Notes: generated by a model from the sequence alone, not told the origin. A DNA stretch of 64,000 nucleotides from Actinobacteria bacterium UBA7524 (GCA_002478275.1 DLMY01000031.1:62001-126000); one strand, 5' to 3'; counted from the first letter of the stretch, positions 52,989 to 62,980 are shown. Numbers and translations are program-made.

Positions 52989-53456
52989 ATGTCCGACCAA
53001 GGGCGTGACAGGAACAACCTTCCCGTACTCATACTCGGCGGTGTGCTACTGCTGGTAGGCATCTCGGCTATCGGAGGACAGTCCGGACTGTTCATGTCCC
53101 CGGCCCTTCGCTCGCTGGGGGCCACGGTCAGGGAGGTCCGTACGTGGTTCGGCCCCGCACTTATCATCGTGGCCGGCATACTGTTGATCGTGACCGGGGG
53201 CCGGGGCGGCCTGGGTGTCACCGCTCCACCGCCCGGCACCCGCCTATACCGTTCCGTCGCTGACAAGCGCGTATCAGGTGTGCTCGGCGGCCTGGCCGAG
53301 TACTACTCCATCGACCCGTCTTTACTGCGTTTCCTCTTCGTCATTCTCGCGCTGCTCACCGATGCGGGCGCGTTCCTGATCGGCTACATCATCGCCAGCT
53401 TCGTGATACCCGTGCGGCCCGCCGAGGAGCCACCTCCTCCCCCGGCCACCCCATAG
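52989..53456 (+). CDS. PspC domain-containing membrane protein
   Basis: RLYRSVADKRVSGVLGGLAEYYSIDPSLLR...YIIASFVIP. Confidence 0.9.
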   Translation: MSDQGRDRNNLPVLILGGVLLLVGISAIGGQSGLFMSPALRSLGATVREVRTWFGPALIIVAGILLIVTGGRGGLGVTAPPPGTRLYRSVADKRVSGVLGGLAEYYSIDPSLLRFLFVILALLTDAGAFLIGYIIASFVIPVRPAEEPPPPPATP

Positions 53457-53466
53457 GGCGCCCGAG

Positions 53467-54402
53467 GTGTCTGACGCTTCCTGCATCCCGCTTCCGCCAG
53501 CGCCACCGACGCGGGCGGGCCAGGTGGTCGACGCGCACGTTCACCTGTTCACCCTGGGTCTGCTCCAGGAGTACGTGGAGAAGGAGCCGAAGGCAAACGA
53601 GCGCTTTCGCAAGGCGGTCGAGGAGCGGCGGTTCGGCCGCCGCAACGAACGGTTGCCCGACATGACGCCGCAAGAGACCGCGTGTTGGTACGTGGAGCGA
53701 CTCGCGGCTGCCGATGTCGCCAAGGCACTGGTGGTCTCAGTGATTCCCGACAGCCAGTGGACACGCGATTTCGTCACCTCCGCCAGGGGACACATCCATG
53801 CTCTGGCGAACATCGATCCGCGTGATTCGCAGGCCCCCACCCAGCTGGAGAGAGAGATGGAAGCGGGGTTTCGTGGGGTCAAGCTGTTGCCCGTCAACCG
53901 CTGCTACCATCTGTCGGACCCCGCATGCCGCCCGTTCTTCGAGAAAGCAGCTGAACTCTCGGCGCCGATGATCGTCCATTACGGCGTCACCGTCGACCCC
54001 AACGGCGACCTGCGCTATGCGGACCCGGTCGACCTGAGTCCCGTTGCGCGCGACTACCCCGAGATCACTTTCGTGATCGCACATTTCGGTGCAGGCTGGC
54101 TGGACAGCGTGTTGCGCCTCGCCTATCAGTGCGCCAACGTGTGTGTCGATTCGAGCGGGACGAACAACTGGCTCGACCACTACGTCCCGAGGCTGACACT
54201 CGCCGACGTCTACGAGCGCTGTCTGACCGCTCTCGGTCCCGAGAGAGTGCTGTTCGGCACCGACAGCAACACCATCGCTCCGTACCGTACCTGGATACGC
54301 CGCATGCAGCATCGAACCCTCGAGGAGATGGGTGTCTCCTCGGCAGACATCGATTCCATCATGCGCGCCAACGCTGTGCGCATCTTCCGTCTCGACGAAT
54401 AG
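53467..54402 (+). CDS. Amidohydrolase_2 family protein
   Basis: VDAHVH, GFRGVKL, IVHYG, IAHFG, VLFGTD. Confidence 0.9.
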   Translation: MSDASCIPLPPAPPTRAGQVVDAHVHLFTLGLLQEYVEKEPKANERFRKAVEERRFGRRNERLPDMTPQETACWYVERLAAADVAKALVVSVIPDSQWTRDFVTSARGHIHALANIDPRDSQAPTQLEREMEAGFRGVKLLPVNRCYHLSDPACRPFFEKAAELSAPMIVHYGVTVDPNGDLRYADPVDLSPVARDYPEITFVIAHFGAGWLDSVLRLAYQCANVCVDSSGTNNWLDHYVPRLTLADVYERCLTALGPERVLFGTDSNTIAPYRTWIRRMQHRTLEEMGVSSADIDSIMRANAVRIFRLDE

Positions 54403-54420
54403 CGGGTAAGGAGAACGCTC

Positions 54421-55221
54421 ATGGCCGAGGAGAACCCTGCCGCGCCTGCGGCCGACTACGACCAGTTCGTGGACTGGGACAAGCGACTGGCTCGCGAGGC
54501 GCCGTTGTTCAAGTGGGCGTTTCGGACCGCTGACGTGCACTCGGTCGTGGACGTGGGCGCCGGGAGCGGGATGCATGCGATCATGTTCGCCGAGTGGGGG
54601 CTGAGCGTCGACGCGGTCGACCCGGCCGATTCTATGCTTGCCCGGGCGGAGGCGAATATCGAGACCGCCCGCCCGCGCTTCCACGACAAGGGCGGCCGGG
54701 TGAGGTTGCTCAAAGGCGGGTTCGGTGAGCTTGCCGGACTGGACCTGGACTATCCGGCGGATGCGCTCGTCTGCACGGGCAACGCACTTCCGCATGTCGA
54801 GGGCCGCGAGGGTCTGCGGGTCACTCTCGCGGACTTCGCCAGGGTCGTGAGACCGGACGGGGTGCTTGTCCTGCATCTGCTCAACCACGAACGTCTGATG
54901 CGTTCGCGAGTGCGCGCTATCCCCCCGGTGCTGCGTGACACCCCCGAGGGCGTGAAGGTGTTCCTGCGGGTGATCGGCTACCCTCCGGGTGACGAGTACC
55001 TGGATTTCGACTTCCTGACGCTCGTGCGCGACGCGGACGGGGAGTGGGAGCTCTCGCGCAGGTGTTCGATGCACGCCGCTCTGCCTGCGGACATGCTTGC
55101 GCAGGAGGTCGAAGCGGCGGGATTCGACCGGGTCGAGCTGTTCGGAGATCACGAGCGTTCCGGGTTCGATATTGAGCGGGACGAGAGTGTGATACTCGTG
55201 GCTCGGCGGCGAGTGGATTAG
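54421..55221 (+). CDS. Class I SAM methyltransferase (glycine/sarcosine N-methyltransferase-like)
   Basis: VDWDKRLAREAP, VDVGAGSGMH, DALVCTGNALPHV, RPDGVLV. Confidence 0.85.
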   Translation: MAEENPAAPAADYDQFVDWDKRLAREAPLFKWAFRTADVHSVVDVGAGSGMHAIMFAEWGLSVDAVDPADSMLARAEANIETARPRFHDKGGRVRLLKGGFGELAGLDLDYPADALVCTGNALPHVEGREGLRVTLADFARVVRPDGVLVLHLLNHERLMRSRVRAIPPVLRDTPEGVKVFLRVIGYPPGDEYLDFDFLTLVRDADGEWELSRRCSMHAALPADMLAQEVEAAGFDRVELFGDHERSGFDIERDESVILVARRRVD

Positions 55222-55958
55222 GGCAGAGCAGTCTCGATGACCCGAGGCCCCAGGAGGCAGTTGCGACAAAGGGCCTCGTCACACCGTTCGAGTGGCGATG
55301 TGGGCGTCGGTGCACCCGGCCATCGTGACGCCGGGCCGGAGGTCAGAGCGGCGTACAAGTGACATAGCGGCAGTCCGGCGACGTTCTGGTAGCACTCCGA
55401 GCCGGTCACTGCGGCTACCTGTCCCTCGATGTTATAGGCGCCCGCGCAGCCCAGGTACTCGCCAGAGGCCATCCATTTCTCGATGCGTCGATCGTCCAGG
55501 TCAGCCATGAGCACATCGGTCGTGACTGCGAACGTGAAGGTCTCGAACGCTGTTTCTCCTCCGAGACGGGACAGGGCGCACCCGGTGATGACCTGGTGGG
55601 TGCGTCCCGACAGGGCCCGCAGCATCCGCCACGCATCGGTCTCGTCGATAGGCTTGCCCAGCAGTTCGCCGTCGAGTACGACGATCGTATCGAACGTCAT
55701 GACGAGCGTGCCGGCGGACTCGTCGGCAACGGTGCTGACGTTCGTGTCTGGTGCTGCGGCTACCAGCTCGGTCGCTGCCGCGGCTTTCTCCTCGGCCAGT
55801 GAGATGGCGAGCGTCTCGGGCATCGAAGCGAGCGGGGAATCGAGCGATTCGGGCGTATCTACGGCCAGTACGTCGAAGGGCAGGCCGAGCCAGGACAGCA
55901 GTCGCCGGCGGCGCGGTGAGGCGGAGGCGAGAACGATGCGTGTGGGCTGCGATATCAT
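55218..55958 (-). CDS. maf: Maf family nucleotide pyrophosphatase
   Basis: IVLASASPRR, FDTIV, LGKP, LSGRTHQV, AGAY, NVAGLP; TATCAT seven nt before ATG 55958. Confidence 0.9.
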   Translation of the reverse strand: MISQPTRIVLASASPRRRRLLSWLGLPFDVLAVDTPESLDSPLASMPETLAISLAEEKAAAATELVAAAPDTNVSTVADESAGTLVMTFDTIVVLDGELLGKPIDETDAWRMLRALSGRTHQVITGCALSRLGGETAFETFTFAVTTDVLMADLDDRRIEKWMASGEYLGCAGAYNIEGQVAAVTGSECYQNVAGLPLCHLYAALTSGPASRWPGAPTPTSPLERCDEALCRNCLLGPRVIETALP

Positions 55959-56055
55959 GCGGGCGATGATACCACCCACGACGGGCGCACTTCCGTATAA
56001 TGAGGGAGCCCTGCGCACGCGCGTGGGGCCGGATCGCGAGTGAGGGAGGATCTGC

Positions 56056-58218
56056 GTGGTCCTCGAGCCTGAAGCCAAAGCAAAGGTGCCCCTGGTCGTC
56101 GAGCGCTTCGTCAAGCAGCTCGTGGTGACGATGAAGGCCGTGCGACTCTATCCTCGGCGCAGCAGTATACCGAGGGAGAATGCGCAGGAGGCGGCGAAGA
56201 TGCTCGCCGAGTTCTTCAGAGACCGTGCGGAGATGCGGCTGTCTGTACACCGGGACGGACTGGCGTTCGACGAGACCCTGGCATTCGAGGGACAACCTGC
56301 GTTCCAGGCCTTCGCGAGGGAGCTCTATAACCGAGGTCTCGCCGACGTGCGGTTCCACCCGGGGGCCGACGGTGAGAGCATACTCTCGTTTCTGGAGACG
56401 ATCGAAGTCGCTCCTGATGAGCTTGCTGCGGCGGGCGGCTTCGAAACGCGGCTTTGGGACATGGGCGTCGATACGATCACCGTCACCGAGGCCTCCGTTC
56501 GCATCGTGCAGTCCGAGAGCGAGGAGGGCGAGATCGCGTATCAGGACGATGAGCCCTGGCCGCCCGTCCCCTCGCGCATCGACGAGATAGTCACAGGTGC
56601 CCTGGGTGGCCGCCCGCGCGACCAGAGGATCCTTACCCGGGTCGTCGGCGATCCGGGAGCGCTACATGCGTACATCCGGGAGTCGTCGGCCGCGAGAGGT
56701 CGCGATCCGGGAGAAGTCGCTCGTGAGATGCGGATAGAGGTGCTCGCGAACGCCGCGGCAAAGGCTGAAAAGGGGCAACATGCCGCTCTGTTCAGGACCC
56801 TCGCTGAAGCCATGCTGGACCTCGATCCGGCCGTACGGCGGGCGATGCTGACGACACGACTCCTGCCCGAGGCGCGCACCAACGATGCGATGGCCCAGGT
56901 CGTCAGACAGATGGGGGTCGATGAGGTCTGTGCCATCCTGGCCGAAGGCGCTACTGAAGACGAGGCATCGCTGGAGGGCCTGGCCCGGGCGATACGGAAC
57001 CTGACCCTGATCTCGGTCGCCGAGCGCGAGGAAGTGTTCAACGCGGCGGGAGCGGCGATGCTGAGCTCCGGGCTTTCAGAGGGAGCCGTCAACTCAGTGT
57101 TCGAAACCGTTGCGCCAAGCCGTTTGCGGGTGCGCGAACACGGGGGTCACTCGAAGGAGGTGCACGAGGTCGACTCGATATTGCAGCTGGTCGACCTCGC
57201 GCCGGGCTCCGTGTCTCAGGGTTTCGAGGACGACATGGGCTTTGTGACCCTGCAAGAGGAATCCAGGCGAGGCATCACTGACGGCGACGTCGTGGCGGCC
57301 CTGGTCACGTTGGTGACAGTCGACGCCAAGGGCGTGAACTTCGGGTCGATGATGGCCCTTCTCGAGGACAATCTCGAGTTGACCGTCGAGCGCGGTGACT
57401 ACGAAGTGGCTGCAGACGCCGCTGACGCGCTCATGCGGGTCCTCGAGGAGCCCGACCTGCCGGACGTGCGCAACAAGCGGATATCCGCGGCTCTTTCCAG
57501 GCTGGCGGGAGCTCAGGAGATCGGCGAGATCACCACTGCGATGCGTCTGTACCCACCGGACTCTTCCGAGTACGTCGCATGCCGCCGCCTGATAGATGCG
57601 TTAGGCGGAGCGGCGGTCGAGCCGCTGCTCGAGACGTTGGCCGATCAACCGGACATGGCCGCACGTAAAGCACTCGTGGACCTGGTCGCCGGTATGGCCG
57701 ACCAGCACATCGATCAGCTCGGGGAGCATGTCAAAGATTCCAGGTGGTACTTCGTGCGCAACGTGGTGGCCATCCTCGGCAAGACGAAGATGCCCGAAGC
57801 CGTGCCCTATCTCGGCCGCACCCTGCGTCACGGCGATGCCCGGGTCAGGCGCGAGACGATACGAGCGCTGTCGGGGATCCCGGACCGCCTGGCCGATGAG
57901 ATGCTCATCGCCGCCCTCGACGATGCGGACGCCCAGAACGTCCAGCTCGCAGCACGTTACCTGGGCGCATCGCGAGAGCGCGGAGCGGAGGCGGCCCTCA
58001 AGGCCGTGGCCGCCGGAGAGGGAAGAGGTAATCGCGAACTCGGGCCTCGCATCGAGGCGATCGAGGCGCTCGGCAGACTCGGCGCGGTCTCTGCGGCGCC
58101 GATGCTTGAGTCTCTTGCGAGCAAGCGCTCGATCATCGGCGGCGGGCGCACGCGGGAGCTGCGTACCGCAGCCGAACATGCGCTTGCGAAGATCCGCGCG
58201 AAGGGAGGCCAGCAGTGA
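56056..58218 (+). CDS. HEAT-repeat protein with N-terminal 'LYP' domain
   Basis: DSRWYFVRNVVAILG, HGDARVRRETIRALS, AIEALGRL; TATAAT at 55996, GAGGGAGG RBS. Confidence 0.88.
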   Translation: MVLEPEAKAKVPLVVERFVKQLVVTMKAVRLYPRRSSIPRENAQEAAKMLAEFFRDRAEMRLSVHRDGLAFDETLAFEGQPAFQAFARELYNRGLADVRFHPGADGESILSFLETIEVAPDELAAAGGFETRLWDMGVDTITVTEASVRIVQSESEEGEIAYQDDEPWPPVPSRIDEIVTGALGGRPRDQRILTRVVGDPGALHAYIRESSAARGRDPGEVAREMRIEVLANAAAKAEKGQHAALFRTLAEAMLDLDPAVRRAMLTTRLLPEARTNDAMAQVVRQMGVDEVCAILAEGATEDEASLEGLARAIRNLTLISVAEREEVFNAAGAAMLSSGLSEGAVNSVFETVAPSRLRVREHGGHSKEVHEVDSILQLVDLAPGSVSQGFEDDMGFVTLQEESRRGITDGDVVAALVTLVTVDAKGVNFGSMMALLEDNLELTVERGDYEVAADAADALMRVLEEPDLPDVRNKRISAALSRLAGAQEIGEITTAMRLYPPDSSEYVACRRLIDALGGAAVEPLLETLADQPDMAARKALVDLVAGMADQHIDQLGEHVKDSRWYFVRNVVAILGKTKMPEAVPYLGRTLRHGDARVRRETIRALSGIPDRLADEMLIAALDDADAQNVQLAARYLGASRERGAEAALKAVAAGEGRGNRELGPRIEAIEALGRLGAVSAAPMLESLASKRSIIGGGRTRELRTAAEHALAKIRAKGGQQ

Positions 58219-59711
58219 GCGAAGACGTCCCTCACGACGATCCGCGGCAGACACCCGTCGATGGTCAGGGAATCCAAGAGCCGGCCTCGCAGACCATGGA
58301 AGGGGTTCCGGCGCTGCCCGTGCGGGAGGAGCCGCAAGCCGTCACCGCGTACTCGAGCAAGCAGCTCAAGCGCGTTCGTGACCTGCTCACGCGGCTGTAC
58401 GCGGTCAGGCGCACCGCGCGCTTCTACCCGATGGACCACCCCGCCACCGTCGAGGCGGTCTCAGCGCTCAAAGACGTCGTCGACCGCTACCACCAGGAAG
58501 GAGTCGACGTTCAGCTCGCGTTCTTCGAAGGTGAGCTGATCTTCGGTGATCGCCTCCTTGCCGAGGAAAGCCTGCTGTTCGAGCAACTCGTGCGCGACAT
58601 GACCGCGATCGGTGTCGGAAGCCTCGTGGTCGGCCGTGGCGTCGACCTGAACGAGTTCTCGCGCGCAATCGCCGTGCTCGCTGCAGACTCCTTTGAGGTC
58701 GCTCGCAACGGCGGCATCATGCGGATGATCGCCGAAGCGAACGTGCCCCACATAGAGGTGGGCACGGTCAAGGTCTTCGAGAGAGAAGACGTCGGAGAGC
58801 TCTCGCCGGAAGAGGCCCGCGAGACCTATGACAATGCGCTTGAACTCATGCGCGAGATCGACCTGCTCATCAACCGCAACAAGTCCGTGAACGCCGGGCA
58901 GGTGAAGACCGTAGTGCGGTCGCTCGTCGACAACGTGTTGTCGAATCGCTACGCGATGCTCGAGCTGACGGGCTTGAAGGACTATGACGAGTACACGTTC
59001 TATCACAGTGCCAACGTTGCGATACTCTCGCTCGCGCTTGGATCCGCGGTGACCAACGACTACCGGTTCCTGTCATCGTTGGGTGTCGGCGCTCTGCTGC
59101 ACGACATCGGCAAGATGACCGTAAGCCTCGACATCTTGAACAAGCCCGGCGCGTTGACCGCCGAGGAGTGGGCGCTCGTCAGGCAGCATCCGGTCTACGG
59201 AGCCCAACAGGCCGCGCTCGTTCCCGGGTTGGACAAGTCGGCTGTGGTGACGATCCTCGAGCACCACATGCGCTTCGACGGGAGCGGCTATCCGAACCGG
59301 ACTCCCCGGCGACCGCAGCATCTGGCCTCGCGTATCGTGGCGGTGGCCGACGCGTTCGATGCGATGACCTCAAGGCGATCGTACAGCGCCGCCCGGGTGC
59401 AGGACGAGGCGATGACCTTGCTCGTGCAGAGCGCAGGGACAGCGCTCGACCCGGCCCTCACGCGGTTGTTCGTGAGCATCATGGGAGTCTACCCTCCCAG
59501 GACGGTGGTGCGTCTGGAGGACGGTCGAACGGGTATAGTCATTCGACCGAGTGAGTCGGACCTGACTCGTCCGCTGGTGCGCGTGATCGCGCAGGCCGAC
59601 GGCGAGATGATCGACCCGTTCTCGGTGGACCTGTCCGCTGAGGGACAGCCGGGCATAGCGATGTGCCTGGATGCGGCAGACCTCAACATCGAGGTGGACG
59701 ACTACATCTAG
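58215..59711 (+). CDS. HD-GYP cyclic di-nucleotide phosphodiesterase
   Basis: DEYTFYHSANV, LLHDIGK, KPGALTAEEW, EHHMRFDGSGYP, VAVADAFDAMTSRRSY. Confidence 0.92.
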   Translation: MSEDVPHDDPRQTPVDGQGIQEPASQTMEGVPALPVREEPQAVTAYSSKQLKRVRDLLTRLYAVRRTARFYPMDHPATVEAVSALKDVVDRYHQEGVDVQLAFFEGELIFGDRLLAEESLLFEQLVRDMTAIGVGSLVVGRGVDLNEFSRAIAVLAADSFEVARNGGIMRMIAEANVPHIEVGTVKVFEREDVGELSPEEARETYDNALELMREIDLLINRNKSVNAGQVKTVVRSLVDNVLSNRYAMLELTGLKDYDEYTFYHSANVAILSLALGSAVTNDYRFLSSLGVGALLHDIGKMTVSLDILNKPGALTAEEWALVRQHPVYGAQQAALVPGLDKSAVVTILEHHMRFDGSGYPNRTPRRPQHLASRIVAVADAFDAMTSRRSYSAARVQDEAMTLLVQSAGTALDPALTRLFVSIMGVYPPRTVVRLEDGRTGIVIRPSESDLTRPLVRVIAQADGEMIDPFSVDLSAEGQPGIAMCLDAADLNIEVDDYI

Positions 59712-59724
59712 GGGTGATCACCAG

Positions 59725-62613
59725 ATGTCCTCTGTACCCGCTACACGTGGCGGCCGAATCTGGCTTGCCATCGCTCTCGTGGCCTTCGTGGGATTCCCGA
59801 TGCTCACGGCCCTGGCCACGCTGCTCACCGATTACTGGTGGTATGCGGATCTCGGGCAGGAGCAGGTGTTCGTCACGCGTATCGTGAGCGCGACCGCGAC
59901 GGGATCCGTCTTCGGGCTCGTCACGTTCGTACTGTTGCTCGTGAATATGCGGCTTGCCCGCTCCATGGCGCCGCGCACCGTGGTGACATCGATCGGGGGG
60001 CTGTCTCCTCAGCTCGCCGAGGCGATCGCGACGCTTCGCGATCGCGTGCGGCCGGTGGTGGACCGTGTCATCCTGTGGGGGTCGGCCGCGATCGCGCTCC
60101 TCACCGGACTGGCGATGGCGGCCGAATGGGAGACGTTCCGGCTCGCACTCGCGGCCGTTCCCTTCGGTGTGAGCGACCCGCAATTCGGGCGCGACGTGGG
60201 CTTCTACGTCTTCACGCTACCGGCTCTCCGTCTCGTGGCTGACTGGCTGCCGGCCATTCTCGTGATGGTCACGCTCGCTTCCGCCTTCGTGCACCTGGTA
60301 GACGGCGCCATCCAACCGCTCGCGCGCTTCAGGGGTTTCGCCCCTCATGTCAAAGCGCATCTCTCGGTTCTCCTCGGCATGATCGTCGCGAGCAAGGCGT
60401 TCGACTACTACCTGCGCATCTTCGAACTCAACTTCTCGCCGCGTGGTCAGGTCACCGGAGCGTCGTACACCGATGTCAACGCTCAACTCCCAGCGCTCAA
60501 CATCCTGATCGTCATCGCGGCCCTGTCCGCGATCGCGCTGCTTGTCAACATCCGCTTCCAGGGATGGCGCCTCCCGCTGGTGGCTCTCGGCGTGTGGATC
60601 GGCGCCTCGCTGCTGGTCGGTAGCGTGTATCCCGCACTCATCCAGCAGNNNNNNNNNNNNNNNNNNNNNNNNNNNNNNNNNNNNNNNNNNNNNNNNNNNN
60701 NNNNNNNNNNNNNNNNNNNNNNNNNNNNNNNNNNNNNNNNNNNNNNNNNNNNNNNNNNNNNNNNNNNNNNNTATCCCGCACTCATCCAGCAGTTCCGCGT
60801 CGAGCCGAACGAGCTTTCCGCCGAGGAGCCCTACATCCGCCGCAACATCGAGGCCACCCGGCGCGCGTTCGGGCTGGACGAGGTCGAGGTAAGGCAGTTC
60901 CCGGCGGCCGAGACGTTGACAGCCGAGGACGTTCTCGCCAACACCGACACGCTCGACAACGTGCGGCTCTGGGACCCGGACATCGTCACCGAGTCCTATC
61001 GGCAACTGCAGGTCATCAGGCAGTACTACCACTTCAGCGACGTCGACGTGGATCGCTACGAGATCGACGGACGCAAGAGGCAGGTGCTCGTTTCCGCCCG
61101 TGAGCTCGACGTCAATCAGCTCGATCCGCAAGCACAGACGTGGGTCAACCAGCATCTCGTCTACACGCATGGGTACGGCTTCGTGATGAGTCCCTCCAAC
61201 GAGGCCGACGCTCGTGGCTTCCCGCGCTTCCTGATCGCCGATATCCCGCCGGAGTCTTCTGTCGACGTGACCGTCGAGCAGCCAGCGGTGTACTTCGGCG
61301 AGCGCACGGACGGCTACGTCATCGTGAACACCACTCTGCCCGAATTCGATTACCCTGTGGGCGACACGAACGCGGAGACCTTCTACGAAGGTGCCGCGGG
61401 CATCGAGGTGGGTGGCTTCTCGAAGCGCGCGCTGTTCGCGATGCGTTTCGGTGCGAGCCAGTTCCTGTTCAGTCGCTACATCGAGCACGGGAGCAGGGTG
61501 CTGTTCGACCGCAACATCACCACCCGTGTCGAGCGACTTGCGCCCTGGCTCGCGCTGGACGATGACCCCTATCCGGTGGTAGCCGACGGCCGCATCGTCT
61601 GGGTCCTCGATGGATACACGCACACGAACAACTACCCGTACTCGCAGAGGCACCAGGGGCTCAACTACGTGCGCAACTCGGTTAAGGTCACCGTCGACGC
61701 GTATGACGGCACTACGACGCTTTACGCATTCGATCCCGAAGACCCGGTACTCGCTTCGTGGGGTGAGGTCTTCCCCGGGCTTCTCACACCCGCCGAGGAG
61801 ATCCCCGACGCCATCCGTGCCCACTTCCGCTATCCCGAGGATCTCTTCTCGCTTCAGGCGGAGGTCTACAAGCGCTATCACATGACCGATATCAGGGTCT
61901 TCTACAACAAGGAAGACCTGTGGGAGTTTCCCGGTGAAGGGACCACAGACGGGCCGATGAGTCCGTTCTACGTGCTCAGCCGTCTCCCGGGTGAGGCCGA
62001 AGAGGACTTCCAGATGATCATGCCGTTCACGCCGCGGGGCCGCGACAACATGATCGGCTGGATGGCGGTGAAGTCCGACCCGACTGATTACGGCAAACGA
62101 GTCGTCTACCAGTTCCCGAAGCAGCGCGTGGTGCTCGGTCCCGATCAGGTCCGTGCGCGAATCAACCAGGACGAGACGATCTCGCCGCAGCTGTCGCTGT
62201 GGAGCCAGCGTGGCAGCCAGGTGCTCTTCGGCAACATGCTGGTGATCCCGCTCGAGGAGTCGGTGGTCTACATCCAGCCGCTCTACCTGCGCGCCGAGCA
62301 GACCTCGATTCCCGAGCTGACGAGGGTGCTGGTCGTCTACGCCGACAAGGTCGAGATGCAGCCTGACCTCGCTTCGGCACTGCTGGCGGTCTTCGGAGAG
62401 GTCGCGCCGACCGAGCCTGAAGACGGCGCCGAGGACATCATCGTCGACGCCGCACTCGCTCGCGACATCTATGAACGAGCGCTGGCCGCACAGCGAGATG
62501 GTGACTGGGCCGCCTATGGGCGCCTGATCGATGAACTCGGCAACGTGCTGGCACGTCTTGCCGGAGCCATCGAGGCGCCTTCGCCCTCTACGGAGGAGAC
62601 CCTCGCGCCATAG
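59725..62613 (+). CDS. UPF0182 family membrane protein
   Basis: TDYWWYADLG, DPQFGRDVGFYVF, GASYTDV, NVRLWDP, YTHGYG, NYVRNSVK, HFRYPEDLF; gap 60649-60771 preserves frame. Confidence 0.95.
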   Translation: MSSVPATRGGRIWLAIALVAFVGFPMLTALATLLTDYWWYADLGQEQVFVTRIVSATATGSVFGLVTFVLLLVNMRLARSMAPRTVVTSIGGLSPQLAEAIATLRDRVRPVVDRVILWGSAAIALLTGLAMAAEWETFRLALAAVPFGVSDPQFGRDVGFYVFTLPALRLVADWLPAILVMVTLASAFVHLVDGAIQPLARFRGFAPHVKAHLSVLLGMIVASKAFDYYLRIFELNFSPRGQVTGASYTDVNAQLPALNILIVIAALSAIALLVNIRFQGWRLPLVALGVWIGASLLVGSVYPALIQQXXXXXXXXXXXXXXXXXXXXXXXXXXXXXXXXXXXXXXXXXYPALIQQFRVEPNELSAEEPYIRRNIEATRRAFGLDEVEVRQFPAAETLTAEDVLANTDTLDNVRLWDPDIVTESYRQLQVIRQYYHFSDVDVDRYEIDGRKRQVLVSARELDVNQLDPQAQTWVNQHLVYTHGYGFVMSPSNEADARGFPRFLIADIPPESSVDVTVEQPAVYFGERTDGYVIVNTTLPEFDYPVGDTNAETFYEGAAGIEVGGFSKRALFAMRFGASQFLFSRYIEHGSRVLFDRNITTRVERLAPWLALDDDPYPVVADGRIVWVLDGYTHTNNYPYSQRHQGLNYVRNSVKVTVDAYDGTTTLYAFDPEDPVLASWGEVFPGLLTPAEEIPDAIRAHFRYPEDLFSLQAEVYKRYHMTDIRVFYNKEDLWEFPGEGTTDGPMSPFYVLSRLPGEAEEDFQMIMPFTPRGRDNMIGWMAVKSDPTDYGKRVVYQFPKQRVVLGPDQVRARINQDETISPQLSLWSQRGSQVLFGNMLVIPLEESVVYIQPLYLRAEQTSIPELTRVLVVYADKVEMQPDLASALLAVFGEVAPTEPEDGAEDIIVDAALARDIYERALAAQRDGDWAAYGRLIDELGNVLARLAGAIEAPSPSTEETLAP

Positions 62614-62737
62614 GGTTCGTACCAGGTGACGCAGTGGGCGCTCGCGTGTCAGACCCGCCGCCTAGACTCAAGTTGCGAGCCGAAAATGACGATACGGTAA
62701 CAGTTCTGGTAGCATAGAACCTCACCCTTTGAGGAGG

Positions 62738-62980
62738 GCACTTGTGGCGCAGCAGTCGTGGAGACGACCGGGGGCGACTGCGTGGACCGGCGCCGGCAAG
62801 TGCGACACGATATCTGGTCGACTCGGATTCGATCCGCATGGGCGGATGACCGAAGGCTCGTGATGCTCAAGGTCCGGAGCCGAACAGCATACTCGCTTCG
62901 ATCGGCTGGAGACGACGGCGCGTGACGCCGCTCTCGCCGGGTGCGAGACAGCTAGCGACCCTCAACACACCTGTCTCAGG
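62738..62980 (+). promoter_or_regulatory. Long structured leader upstream of RlpA-like gene (riboswitch-like candidate)
   Basis: Stems GCACTTG/CAAGTGC, GCAGTCG/CGACTGC, ATCCGC/GCGGAT, GGCTC/GAGCC, CGGCG/CGCCG, TCTCGC/GCGAGA. Confidence 0.45.
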
